DNA of 64,000 bases from an uncultured delta proteobacterium (GTDB lineage: Bacteria; Desulfobacterota; Desulfuromonadia; Desulfuromonadales; BM103). Positions 9,995 through 18,893 of the stretch are shown one piece after another. Under the pieces are notes generated by a model. The model ran no database searches. It was not told where the DNA came from and saw nothing but the letters and a program-made list of their open reading frames with translations. Where the stretch lies: NCBI GenBank assembly GCA_963715335.1, contig CAVQRZ010000006.1:1-64000 (forward strand), read 5' to 3'. The number at the start of each line of letters is the position of its first letter. The first letter of the stretch is position 1. Position numbers and translations under genes: made by a program.

Positions 9995-10801
9995 GTGCGA
10001 TTCCTGCTTTACAACATACGATATGCCACCGGCCCACGGATGCATAATTACATGCGTTCGTCGCGCGGCAACCTGGACCGGATCGCCGACTTCCTGCGCG
10101 GCCTGGAACCGGACCTGATCGGTCTGGTCGAGGTGGACCACGGCTCTTACCGCAGCGGTGGCAGAAACCAGGTCGAGACCCTGGCCGAGGCCCTGGGACA
10201 TTATCATTCCCATTCGATCAAGTACGGTCTGGATTCATTCTGGCGACGTATCCCGGTCCTGAACACCCAGGGCAACGCCTTCCTGGCAAGGGACCGGATC
10301 CGCAACGAGACCTTCCATTATTTCAAACGCGGAATGAAACGCCTGGTGATCGAACTCGAGCTTGAGCACATGGTGGTTTACCTTGTCCACCTCTCTCTCG
10401 GCGCGAAGGCCCGGCACAATCAACTGGGCGACCTCTACGAGATGGTCAAAAACACCAGCAAACCCTGCGTGGTCGCCGGAGATTTCAACATGCTCTGGGG
10501 GGAACGGGAGATAGACCTCTTCCTGGCGGCAACCGGCCTGCAGAACGCCAACACCAAAAACCTGCCGACCTTCCCGAGCAACCAGCCACGGCGACACCTC
10601 GACTTCGTGCTGCACAGCAAGGAGATAGACGTGGTGGATTTCCAGGTCCCCCTGGTCCCCTTTTCAGACCACCTCCCGGTGGTCGTAGACTTCAAAGTAA
10701 ACATTCAGGAGGAACAGCGCAGCGAGGAGAGGCCTGCGCACTGTTCCTGTATTGAGAAGCAAAACCAGCTATTTGCCGACACCTACGAATTCGCTTCATG
10801 A
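9995..10801 (+). CDS. Endonuclease/exonuclease/phosphatase family protein
   Basis: YNI, LVEVD, HLSL, GDFN and SDHLP motifs. Confidence 0.88.
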   Translation: MRFLLYNIRYATGPRMHNYMRSSRGNLDRIADFLRGLEPDLIGLVEVDHGSYRSGGRNQVETLAEALGHYHSHSIKYGLDSFWRRIPVLNTQGNAFLARDRIRNETFHYFKRGMKRLVIELELEHMVVYLVHLSLGAKARHNQLGDLYEMVKNTSKPCVVAGDFNMLWGEREIDLFLAATGLQNANTKNLPTFPSNQPRRHLDFVLHSKEIDVVDFQVPLVPFSDHLPVVVDFKVNIQEEQRSEERPAHCSCIEKQNQLFADTYEFAS

Positions 10802-10873
10802 GCGAGGGGTTCCGGCTATTCCCCCTGCCGACCAGAGATGAGACCAAACAACAGCAAGCACAATCCTGCCGAC

Positions 10874-11302
10874 TCAGGTGATAGTGATCAGTTGCAATGC
10901 AAAAGTCAGGTCGCACCCGGCCAGGTCATGATTGCCATCCAGGAGCACGTCCCGCTCATCAACATGACGAATCCGCATGATCCGCTGTGAATTACCACCC
11001 AATTCCACACTCAATTTTTGACCGACAGACAGCTCCTTTTCCGCTGGGAATAGTTGCCGTGAAACTTTCAGAAGATTCTCATCGAGACGCGGGCCGTAAG
11101 CCTGCCCTGCAGAGAGATGAATGTTCTTCACCTCGCCGGCAGTCATGCCGATGATCCCTCTTTCCAGCGTGGAAAAGACTTCTCCCGTGCCGAGGGTGAA
11201 ACAAAGCGGCCGGTCGTCATCCCGCTGATCAAAGATCCAGCCGTTGTCCAGCGTACCGATATAATGAACGGTGACCAGGTCACCTGTTTTAGCCCGTTGC
11301 AT
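10874..11302 (-). CDS. FKBP-type peptidyl-prolyl isomerase (SlyD-like, no His tail)
   Basis: VTVHYIGTLDNG, AYG and LDGNHDLAG motifs. Confidence 0.88.
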   Translation of the reverse strand: MQRAKTGDLVTVHYIGTLDNGWIFDQRDDDRPLCFTLGTGEVFSTLERGIIGMTAGEVKNIHLSAGQAYGPRLDENLLKVSRQLFPAEKELSVGQKLSVELGGNSQRIMRIRHVDERDVLLDGNHDLAGCDLTFALQLITIT

Positions 11303-11741
11303 CGTCTGGCTCCTGTACCGTAATCACGTAAAACCGGCCGTCGAAATATCGCTGCAAAACGGGCCTGACAACCGCCCATTCCAGGCCGCCCCCACCGCAG
11401 CCGGGACGGGGCACGACGACCTTGTGCCAGCCCTTGTAGTCAGCCAGTTCGACCAGCTCCCGGCATGACTCTTCAATAATCTCCAACTCAGGATTTCGGT
11501 AAGGATCCACTTCCACCGGGAAGCTGACAATCCTGCGACCGAGATCAAACACGTGACGGCCATGATTCAGCAGCTGCTCCCCGAGAATCTGCGGCAGGTC
11601 CGGGAACCGGTCCCTGGCCTGCCGCGCACACCCCCGCGGCATGACTGCCTTGCCAGCTTTCGTCAGCATACCGTTGGTGGTAATGGCGACCACGGCACCG
11701 TCTGCATGTTCCTTCCAGAGATCCCCGATTATTTCACGCAT
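11289..11741 (-). CDS. Macrodomain (TARG1/DarG-like ADP-ribose-binding) protein
   Basis: GDLW, TTNG...VMPRGCA, SFPV and PRPGCGGGGLEW motifs; the ORF is open to 11777. Confidence 0.75.
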   Translation of the reverse strand: MREIIGDLWKEHADGAVVAITTNGMLTKAGKAVMPRGCARQARDRFPDLPQILGEQLLNHGRHVFDLGRRIVSFPVEVDPYRNPELEIIEESCRELVELADYKGWHKVVVPRPGCGGGGLEWAVVRPVLQRYFDGRFYVITVQEPDDATG

Positions 11742-11764
11742 TGCACTGTCGGTTATGTTCCGTG

Positions 11765-12088
11765 TCATATTTTGCATTTCACATCCCGCGTTCCGGTTCT
11801 CCCCAGCGTATCACTCATCACCGCAACGAGAAAATCGAAGACCTCCTCGCGCCGGGTAATGAATTTCGGCATCTCGTCGCCGGCCAGCTCCTCCAATCGG
11901 TGCAGCACCTCAGCGTCATTGCTGCCGAGTTCATCCATGACCGCTGCAAGCATCGGGATCACATCGTAGAGGTCATCCCTGTCATACAGGTTCTGGTCCG
12001 GCTTGCCGGTGAATTTCGGCTCGTCACGCGACTCTTTGTTTCGCCGGTATTTGTAATAGAGATCGGACGGTTTGATTTCTATCCCCAT
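11765..12088 (-). CDS. Hypothetical protein
   Basis: About 107 aa, RBS GGGGAG; start overlaps the upstream HTH gene. Confidence 0.7.
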   Translation of the reverse strand: MGIEIKPSDLYYKYRRNKESRDEPKFTGKPDQNLYDRDDLYDVIPMLAAVMDELGSNDAEVLHRLEELAGDEMPKFITRREEVFDFLVAVMSDTLGRTGTRDVKCKI

Positions 12089-12342
12089 GGCTCCCCCGTT
12101 GTTGAGCTGCAACCACCGCCGCACGCGTGCTTCGGCGCGCAACCACTGGCACACACGTCATGGCCCTTGCCGCCGCCGGTCTTTGCCATAAGGGCGTCGA
12201 GGCTGGTTTTTTCAACCTGCCATTGTCCGTCTTCCTCAACACCTCTGAGCAGGCCACGCTTGATGTGCATAAGTATGTTCAGTGGGGTTTTTTGCAGGAT
12301 TCGGGCGGTTTCTTCAAGTGAAACAAGTCCTTTATCATTCAT
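12079..12342 (-). CDS. Small excisionase/MerR-type HTH protein with a Cys-rich tail
   Basis: SLEETARILQKTPLNILMHIKRGLLRG...WQV; tail CASGC..HACGGGC; RBS AAGGAG. Confidence 0.7.
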   Translation of the reverse strand: MNDKGLVSLEETARILQKTPLNILMHIKRGLLRGVEEDGQWQVEKTSLDALMAKTGGGKGHDVCASGCAPKHACGGGCSSTTGEPWG

Positions 12343-12399
12343 CTGTCTGCTCCTTAATTGGCTCTTCCTGTTTTTCAAAAGCAAAATTCACGACGATTA

Positions 12400-12455
12400 T
12401 CTGGCTTCTGGCTTCTGGCTTCTGGCTTCTGGATCCTGGATCCTGGATCCTCAAT
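12400..12455. repeat. Heptanucleotide tandem repeat (TCTGGCT/YCTGGAT x ~8)
   Basis: 4x TCTGGCT, TCTGGAT, 2x CCTGGAT, CCTCAAT. Confidence 0.9.
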
Positions 12456-12499
12456 GAGATCATGGGAACACCCCCCCAGACTGTCGACACCATTCATCT

Positions 12500-13411
12500 T
12501 CACGACTGAATTGTTGTGTTTTGCGATACCCATGGCGACAATTCAACCAACTTCACCGCCTGAGTCTCCACCTCTGCCCTCACCGCTTTGTTCAATTTTT
12601 TCAGCCACCGCACCGGGATTGCATCCAGACCGTAAAAAGCCCCGGCAATCATACCGGCAATCGCACCCGTCGTATCGGCATCGCCACCCTGATTGACGAC
12701 GCCGATCAGGCATTCCTCGAAGCTTGCCGTACTGAACAGGTAATGGAAAACCGTCTGCAGAGTATCGACAACGTAGGGGCTGGCATTGCCCTGGTAATGA
12801 TTGAATCGAAAGCTGCCGTATTCAGCGACCAGCTCGCGAGTGGTCTCGTGCAACCTGAATCGGTCAACACCCAGGATCCCCTGGTGTACCAACTTTCCGA
12901 TCGCCATGCAGGCAGCATCAGAGAGAGGATGGTTATGTGTCAGGTGCGCCTGCGCTACAGAATACTTGCGCAGGAGACTGTCATCGCCCAGTGTGAAGAG
13001 TGCCACCGGTGCCATGCGCATTGCGGCGCCATTTCCGGCATCCCATTCGTTGTAAGGAACCTCAAGTTGTTCCTTGAGCATGTAATCACGAATACCGCGT
13101 CGACAGGTTGCACCGATATCAACCGGTTTGCTCTTCATCCAGGCAAGAAAGTTATCAGCGATCCCTTGCAGAGCCCATTTTCCCGAAGACAGGATGGCCC
13201 GACCCAACGCCAGCGACATCTCGGTATCATCGGTGACATGCCCTGCCCTGAGATATAGCCAGCCTCCGCCGATGATCTTGTTGTGCACCTTGTAGGTTGC
13301 CCTGATTTCACCAGGTGTCATAAATTCGGTGGTTGCCCCAAGGGCATCACCGATCGCGAGACCCAGGTAAGCGGCCCGAGCTCGAGCATATACCTCATTC
13401 GCAGTTCTCAC
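12500..13411 (-). CDS. draG: ADP-ribosyl-[dinitrogenase reductase] glycohydrolase
   Basis: AIGDALGATTEF, VTDDTEMS, AGNGAAMR and GGDADTTGAIAG motifs; adjacent to draT. Confidence 0.92.
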   Translation of the reverse strand: MRTANEVYARARAAYLGLAIGDALGATTEFMTPGEIRATYKVHNKIIGGGWLYLRAGHVTDDTEMSLALGRAILSSGKWALQGIADNFLAWMKSKPVDIGATCRRGIRDYMLKEQLEVPYNEWDAGNGAAMRMAPVALFTLGDDSLLRKYSVAQAHLTHNHPLSDAACMAIGKLVHQGILGVDRFRLHETTRELVAEYGSFRFNHYQGNASPYVVDTLQTVFHYLFSTASFEECLIGVVNQGGDADTTGAIAGMIAGAFYGLDAIPVRWLKKLNKAVRAEVETQAVKLVELSPWVSQNTTIQS

Positions 13412-13433
13412 TTCGCGCCTCGCACTTCATGGT

Positions 13434-14228
13434 TCATCCTCCGGTGAGAACATTCACCTCATATTCGCCACCGATTACCAAGACCTCGCCCTCTCCCTTG
13501 AACAGTGACCGGGGCAACAACCCGCCCATGAAGAATACCTTGGTCAAAGGGACCTGCGCTTGCAAAATCTTACTGCCGAACTCCCAGGCCCGCTCAAAAT
13601 TATCGGTAAAGGAATTGAGGTTGTTCAGACGCATGACATAGCGGTTTTTATCGAGTTTCTCGATCACCTGGTGTTCGGAAAAGTCATAAATCCCGCGGTA
13701 AAGAGTCATGTGCGTCTGCCCGGGAGACCTGCGTCGTAGTTCGTACTGGACAAATTCGTAAAGCAGGTCGAGCTGCGGCAGGATGGCACTGGTTCTTTCC
13801 GCCCCCTTCATGCGTTCGACGGTGTAGCGGAAGTAGGTTTCTGAGTGGATATTGTCTATCGCTTGATGGTGAAATGTCGGAGCCAGACCGAGCCTGGACT
13901 CAACCCAACCTTTCAGAACAGCGCCCTCTACAGAGTTGCTTTCGAACAGCCAGCCACGCAAAAAACGCAAATAACTGTTCTTGAGACTCTTGCGACTGTT
14001 TGGCGTCTCTTCTCTTTGCCACTGGTGTAACTGATAGCGGACGTCCATGAAGTCATGGAACACAGAGCCGCGCGCGTCCGGGTCATCCAATATTGCAAGC
14101 TTGGTAAAGAGAGGGCGGCCATTATGCCGCACGCCCTGAATCTCCAGTTCTTTGGGATTCAGGTTGTAATGTCTGGATGCAATTACCCATGGTGGCAGAT
14201 TGCATCGATTCATAGGGGATGGGTACAT
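13434..14228 (-). CDS. draT: NAD+:dinitrogenase reductase ADP-ribosyltransferase
   Basis: NRCNLPPWVIAS, SYLRFLRGW, EGAVLKGWVESRLGL, LYRG, NNLNSFT and GEGEVLVIGG motifs. Confidence 0.93.
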   Translation of the reverse strand: MYPSPMNRCNLPPWVIASRHYNLNPKELEIQGVRHNGRPLFTKLAILDDPDARGSVFHDFMDVRYQLHQWQREETPNSRKSLKNSYLRFLRGWLFESNSVEGAVLKGWVESRLGLAPTFHHQAIDNIHSETYFRYTVERMKGAERTSAILPQLDLLYEFVQYELRRRSPGQTHMTLYRGIYDFSEHQVIEKLDKNRYVMRLNNLNSFTDNFERAWEFGSKILQAQVPLTKVFFMGGLLPRSLFKGEGEVLVIGGEYEVNVLTGG

Positions 14229-14461
14229 AGGTGTTTCTTCATCAACCTAACGGTTATTGCCGGAAACCGGTTCAAGCAGAATATGACGAGATCAGCTCTT
14301 TGCCGTTTTTTTTGGCATGGCTGCTCTATATATCAGACGGATAAAACTATTTTTATCGTCGTTGATAAATAATTTATTGAATAATTACAGATGGTTAAAA
14401 GGAGAAAGTGAAAGCGGAGACGATGCAGCGTCGTTGGTGCAGGGGTCTTGGTGTGGTTATT

Positions 14462-14478
14462 TGCAGAGAAGATGCCAA
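14462..14478 (-). promoter_or_regulatory. Putative sigma54 promoter for draT
   Basis: Minus strand TTGGCATC-TTCT-CTGCA (-24/-12 spacing), about 230 nt upstream of draT. Confidence 0.55.
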
Positions 14479-14525
14479 ATGATATTTGAGAACACAATAC
14501 TATTGTGTCCCCTTGGTTTTGAGCA

Positions 14526-14983
14526 TTAAAACCTTAAAGATCAACATCAAAACCCGGGGGTTGCGCCACCCGACTGCGCCTTACTCTTTTGCTGGCCCAA
14601 AAGAGTAAGCAGAAAAGGCCTGCGCTGCGCTGGGCATGTCTGGCTCGTCAAGGCGGCAACCTCAATTCAGATTCAGTACTATATCGACTCAAACGCCTAG
14701 CATTTCCCCCGCAGGAGCCGAGGCTCTTGAGAGCCTCTCCTTCTGTGGAGGACTTGCGTCTGTAGTTGAGTTGTTTCAGGCTTTTCCCTTGTAAGTCGAA
14801 CAGAAAGGTCAGGCCCTTTGACACAGGGCCGGCATCCCGATCACTGAAGGTTTATTGAAGTCACAGACATCCGGCAAAGGAGATGCCCTCCGCAAGGAGA
14901 AGGCACTTTTGCATACTTTTGTTGCCGGACAAAAGTATGGCGTCTGGCGGGACGCGACCCGCCGGTGTTGATGTTGGTTTTAA
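14526..14983. repeat. ~420-nt structured non-coding repeat element, copy 1
   Basis: Reverse-complement homolog of 20966-21375; outer TTAAAACC...GGTTTTAA; double-hairpin ends; central palindrome GAGGCTCTTGAGAGCCTC. Confidence 0.9.
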
Positions 14984-15044
14984 GTGCTGCGTATTAAAAT
15001 CTACAAGGGTCACAATACCTCAAGGATTGCCCCCCGAAATTGCA

Positions 15045-15078
15045 TAAAAAAAGGGGTGCCCACCAAGGCACCCCTTTT
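15045..15078 (-). terminator. Intrinsic terminator of gltA
   Basis: AAAAGGGGTGCC-loop-GGCACCCCTTTT. Confidence 0.8.
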
Positions 15079-15100
15079 GAACTGCATATCAACTGATAAA

Positions 15101-16411
15101 TCAGATACCAGCAGCTTCTTCAAGCATCGCGGTGGTAACCGACTTCGGACGCTCGATGCCGTAGCCGAGAGCGCGGTCCCAAGTAATGTTGGCGAGGCAG
15201 CCGAGTGCGCGGCCGATGCCGAACAGCACGGTGTAGAACTCGTACTGGGTGACACCATAGTACCACTGGATGACGCCGGACTGTGCGTCGACGTTCGGCC
15301 AGGGGTTCTTCGCCTTGCCATGCTCGGTGAGCACACCAGGAGCAACTTCGAAGATCATCCGGACCAGCTGGAACAGCGGGTAGTCTTTGAGGCCTTCGGT
15401 CTTCATGCAGAACTCGCGCTGCGAGGTGTAGCGGGGGTCAGTCTTGCGCAGAACGGCATGGCCGTAACCCGGGATAACCTGACCGCTGTTAAGAGTCGCC
15501 CAGAGAGCTTCCTTGAGTTTCTCTTCGGTCGGAACCTGGCCGCCGAGCTCTTCCATGAAATTCTGGGTCCAACGCAGCACTTCCTCGTTGGCGAGACCGT
15601 GCAGGGGACCTGCCAAACCGTTGAGGCCGGCACTGTATGCGTAGTAGGCGTCGGAAAGAGCCGAAGCAACCAGGTGAGTCGTATGGGCAGAGACGTTGCC
15701 GGACTCATGGTCGGAGTGGAGGATGAAGTACATCCGGGCAACATCGTCATAAGGAGCCGGGACGCCCATCATGTGCGCGAAGTTGCCGCCCATGTCGAGT
15801 TTCGGGTCAGCGGCGATCTGCTTGTTGTTCTTGTACTTCTTACGGTAGATGAAAGCACCGATCGGACCAAGTTTCGCCATCATGTTGTTGGCGTCTTCGT
15901 ACATATCTTCCCAGCAGGTCATCTTGTTGAACTTACCGGCAGCGTAGTTGGATGCGAAGACCGAGTCACGCTGCATGGCGAGGACGGCACTGGAGAACAT
16001 GGCCATCGGATGGGCATCTGCCGGCAGTGCATTGAGTACGTCGTAGACATACTTGGGAACTGTGGAACGCTTCTTCCAGTCTTCAACGACTTCCAGGGTC
16101 TGGGCCATGGTCGGCACGTCGCCGGTCAGCAGCAGATACCAGAAACCCTCGACGTAAGGATACTCACTGCCCGGAACTTTCGGCAGGACATCAAAGGTCT
16201 CGGGGATGGTCATGCCGCGGAAGCGGATACCCTCAAAGGGGTCCAGGTAGGAGATATCGGTGACCAGGCACTTGATGCCGCGGGCGCCGCCGATAGCTTG
16301 AGCGATGGTGACATCACCCAGTTTGACATCACCGCACTCCTTGACCAGCTTGGTGATCCGGGGGCGATGCGCATCAATTTTCTGACTCAGGACTTTTTTC
16401 AGTGTCGACAT
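15101..16411 (-). CDS. gltA: Citrate synthase, eukaryote-like type
   Basis: GIRFRG, HSDHESGNVSAH, GLAGPLHGLANEE, IPGYGHAVLRKTDPRY and WPNVDA motifs. Confidence 0.97.
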   Translation of the reverse strand: MSTLKKVLSQKIDAHRPRITKLVKECGDVKLGDVTIAQAIGGARGIKCLVTDISYLDPFEGIRFRGMTIPETFDVLPKVPGSEYPYVEGFWYLLLTGDVPTMAQTLEVVEDWKKRSTVPKYVYDVLNALPADAHPMAMFSSAVLAMQRDSVFASNYAAGKFNKMTCWEDMYEDANNMMAKLGPIGAFIYRKKYKNNKQIAADPKLDMGGNFAHMMGVPAPYDDVARMYFILHSDHESGNVSAHTTHLVASALSDAYYAYSAGLNGLAGPLHGLANEEVLRWTQNFMEELGGQVPTEEKLKEALWATLNSGQVIPGYGHAVLRKTDPRYTSQREFCMKTEGLKDYPLFQLVRMIFEVAPGVLTEHGKAKNPWPNVDAQSGVIQWYYGVTQYEFYTVLFGIGRALGCLANITWDRALGYGIERPKSVTTAMLEEAAGI

Positions 16412-16637
16412 ACTCTCTCTCCTTTGGAATGAAATGGTGGCAGGCAGACGGCCCGCCAGAGTAAAACTGTCCCTTTGTTACAATACAACTGTCAATGACA
16501 AATCATCCCGCCAACAGCCCGACCCCGGTGCGTTCTACCCGCACCGGAGATCTGTACAAATGCGGCGGGAAAATAGATTAGAGCAGACAAAGGGAACATC
16601 CTTGTGATTCTTTACCCTTTATCATTTTCCAAATAAC

Positions 16638-16689
16638 GTTCTAACAAGCCAACCCCCAACTGTCAAGCCGAATTTTGTATACAGTATGC
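16638..16689 (-). promoter_or_regulatory. gltA sigma70 promoter with adjacent TTGTATACAGTATGC operator-like site
   Basis: Minus strand TTGACA (16661-16666), 17 nt spacer, TAGAAC with extended TG; TGTATACA palindrome at 16676-16683. Confidence 0.55.
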
Positions 16690-16785
16690 GATTTCTTTTT
16701 GCATGCGGAGAGCATTTTTATTTGCTTTACCAAATCACGATGATAGAATGCACAAAATTTAAGCAGTCAGCTTCGGTCACAACCC

Positions 16786-17745
16786 ATGCAAATTGGCACT
16801 TTAAAACTCAAAAACCCCATATTTTCGGCACCAATGGCTGGCATTTCCGACCTGCCGTACCGATTGATCATGAAGCGCCACGGCGCTGCGCTGGTCTTTA
16901 CTGAAATGATCAGCGCCAATGGCCTGTTCTTCAATGGCAAGGCCACCCGGGTTTTACTACAATCGCATCCAGAAGAGCAGCCGCTGGCGGTTCAGCTGTT
17001 CGGCGACGACCCCGCCCGCCTCGCAGAAGCGGCGGAATCTGTTGCCGAGTGCGGCGCATTGATTGACCTGAATCTCGGCTGCCCGGTCCGCAAGGTGGTC
17101 CGTTCCGGGGCCGGCAGCGCCCTGCTACGCGAACCGGCCAAGGTTGCCAGTATTATCTCTGCAGTTCGTAAGGTGACAGACAAACCATTGACGATCAAGT
17201 TTCGCTCCGGCTGGGACTCCGACTCGCTCAACTTCATGGAAATTGCCCGCATTGCGGTTGAAGAAGGCGTCGATGCCGTGACCTTGCACCCCAGAACCCG
17301 GGTGCAGATGTTTGCTGGGCAGGCGGAATGGCAACAGATCAGGGAGCTCAAGGAGTCTCTGGCGATCCCGGTCATTGGTAGCGGCGATTTGTTTGACGCC
17401 GACAGGATTAAAACCATGTTTGCGCAAACCGGTTGTGATGCTGTCATGATTGGCCGGGGTGGCTATGGCAATCCATGGATCGTCGGCCAGGCCCTCGACC
17501 TGCTTGCCGGAAGACCTGCCAGAGAGCCCTCGGCAGCGGAACGATTCATTACCGCACGGGAGCACTTTGACCTTTGCCTGGAGATTTTCGGGCCACAAAA
17601 GACTCTTGGTCAAATGCGCAAGCACCTCTGCTGGTATGCACGGGGAATGGATAATGCCGCGGGCTTCCGATCCGAAATCAACCGGACCAGAACTATTGAT
17701 GAAATGAGCGCCCGCTTCGAGGATTTTTTTGCCCATGCCGCATGA
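16786..17745 (+). CDS. dusB: tRNA dihydrouridine synthase B
   Basis: APMAGISD, TEMIS, IDLNLGCP, VTLHPRT and VMIGRG motifs. Confidence 0.95.
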   Translation: MQIGTLKLKNPIFSAPMAGISDLPYRLIMKRHGAALVFTEMISANGLFFNGKATRVLLQSHPEEQPLAVQLFGDDPARLAEAAESVAECGALIDLNLGCPVRKVVRSGAGSALLREPAKVASIISAVRKVTDKPLTIKFRSGWDSDSLNFMEIARIAVEEGVDAVTLHPRTRVQMFAGQAEWQQIRELKESLAIPVIGSGDLFDADRIKTMFAQTGCDAVMIGRGGYGNPWIVGQALDLLAGRPAREPSAAERFITAREHFDLCLEIFGPQKTLGQMRKHLCWYARGMDNAAGFRSEINRTRTIDEMSARFEDFFAHAA

Positions 17746-18865
17746 CAGGTCGAATACCAGCATAAAAAGCGGTGGTACCGGAGATTCCAACTCGAACCTC
17801 TACGGCATGATACTGGAAAATATCGACCGCGCGGTGATCGCCTTTGACAGCGATGGCACGATCATTTTGTTCAACCCGGCGGCAGAGGCACTTATTGAGC
17901 GCTCATCGCGCCAGGTCATTGGCAAGAGCTACCAGGATCTTTTCATAGACCAGGAGACTCTCCTTTACCTGGTCAAAGTCGCCCTGGAAGAGGGCCGATC
18001 GATCACTGATGACGAAGGGCTCTACCTGCATCGCGCTAACGCCACGCCCTTGCCGATCAACGCCTATACGGCGCCGATCTTTGCCCAGAAGGGCGACCAG
18101 GACGGCGCCGTCATGATCATCCGTGACCTGTCCCGCATCAAGGACCTTGAAGGAACCTTGCGACGGGCTGACCGCCTATCGATGTTGGGAACACTGGCCG
18201 CCGGTCTGGCCCACGAAATTAAAAACCCGCTGGGGGGGATCAAGGGCGCTGCTCAGCTGCTTTCGATGGAACTCCAGGCTGACAGCGCCCTGCAGGATTA
18301 CACGCAGATCATGATCAAGGAGGCAGAGCGCATCAACTTCATCATTGAAGAGCTGATGGATCTCGGCAATCCGCGCGAACCGGAGATCGGCGATGTCGAC
18401 CTGACCAAAATCATGAACGACATTGTCCTCCTGCAGCGTGAGGCGGCACGCGGCCGGAACATCCTCTTCAAGTTGAAGCTTGACCCAAGCATTCCACCAG
18501 TGCAGGGCGATGAAGGATTGCTCACCCGCTTGTTCCTCAACTTGATCAAGAATGCCCGGGAATCGATATCAAATGAAGGTGACGTGGTCATCGAAACCAG
18601 GATTGTCTCGAACTACCACATGACTGGACCAGGCAGACGTTCGTCACCAATGGTGGATATCATCATCAGTGATACCGGCTGCGGCATAGACCAGCACGAG
18701 ATGGACCGCATTTTCACACCCTACTTCACGACCAAAAGCAAGGGCAGCGGCCTCGGCCTGGCAATTTCACAAAAGATTATCGAAGATCATAACGGTCTGC
18801 TGAAAATCGAAAGCTCACCCGGAGCAGGGACAACCGTTACCATTTCATTGCCGTTGCGCCGCTAG
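17735..18865 (+). CDS. ntrB: PAS sensor histidine kinase, NtrB-like (Geobacter GnfL-like)
   Basis: PAS domain, LAHEIKNPLGGIKGAAQLL and N/G1/F/G2 boxes; dusB-ntrB-ntrC synteny. Confidence 0.85.
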   Translation: MPHDRSNTSIKSGGTGDSNSNLYGMILENIDRAVIAFDSDGTIILFNPAAEALIERSSRQVIGKSYQDLFIDQETLLYLVKVALEEGRSITDDEGLYLHRANATPLPINAYTAPIFAQKGDQDGAVMIIRDLSRIKDLEGTLRRADRLSMLGTLAAGLAHEIKNPLGGIKGAAQLLSMELQADSALQDYTQIMIKEAERINFIIEELMDLGNPREPEIGDVDLTKIMNDIVLLQREAARGRNILFKLKLDPSIPPVQGDEGLLTRLFLNLIKNARESISNEGDVVIETRIVSNYHMTGPGRRSSPMVDIIISDTGCGIDQHEMDRIFTPYFTTKSKGSGLGLAISQKIIEDHNGLLKIESSPGAGTTVTISLPLRR

Positions 18866-18893
18866 CACAGGCAAGTTATCAAGGAGAATCAAG

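Noticed and set aside
13405..13440. Degenerate 7-mer periodicity between draT and draG (also ~11770-11800)
   Set aside because: Too short and degenerate to distinguish from chance by eye.
14305..14330. TTGGCATGG as a plus-strand sigma54 promoter
   Set aside because: No -12 TGC at the correct spacing and no plus-strand gene downstream.
14984..16432. 482-aa plus-strand ORF
   Set aside because: Antisense shadow of gltA caused by codon bias; no recognisable motifs.
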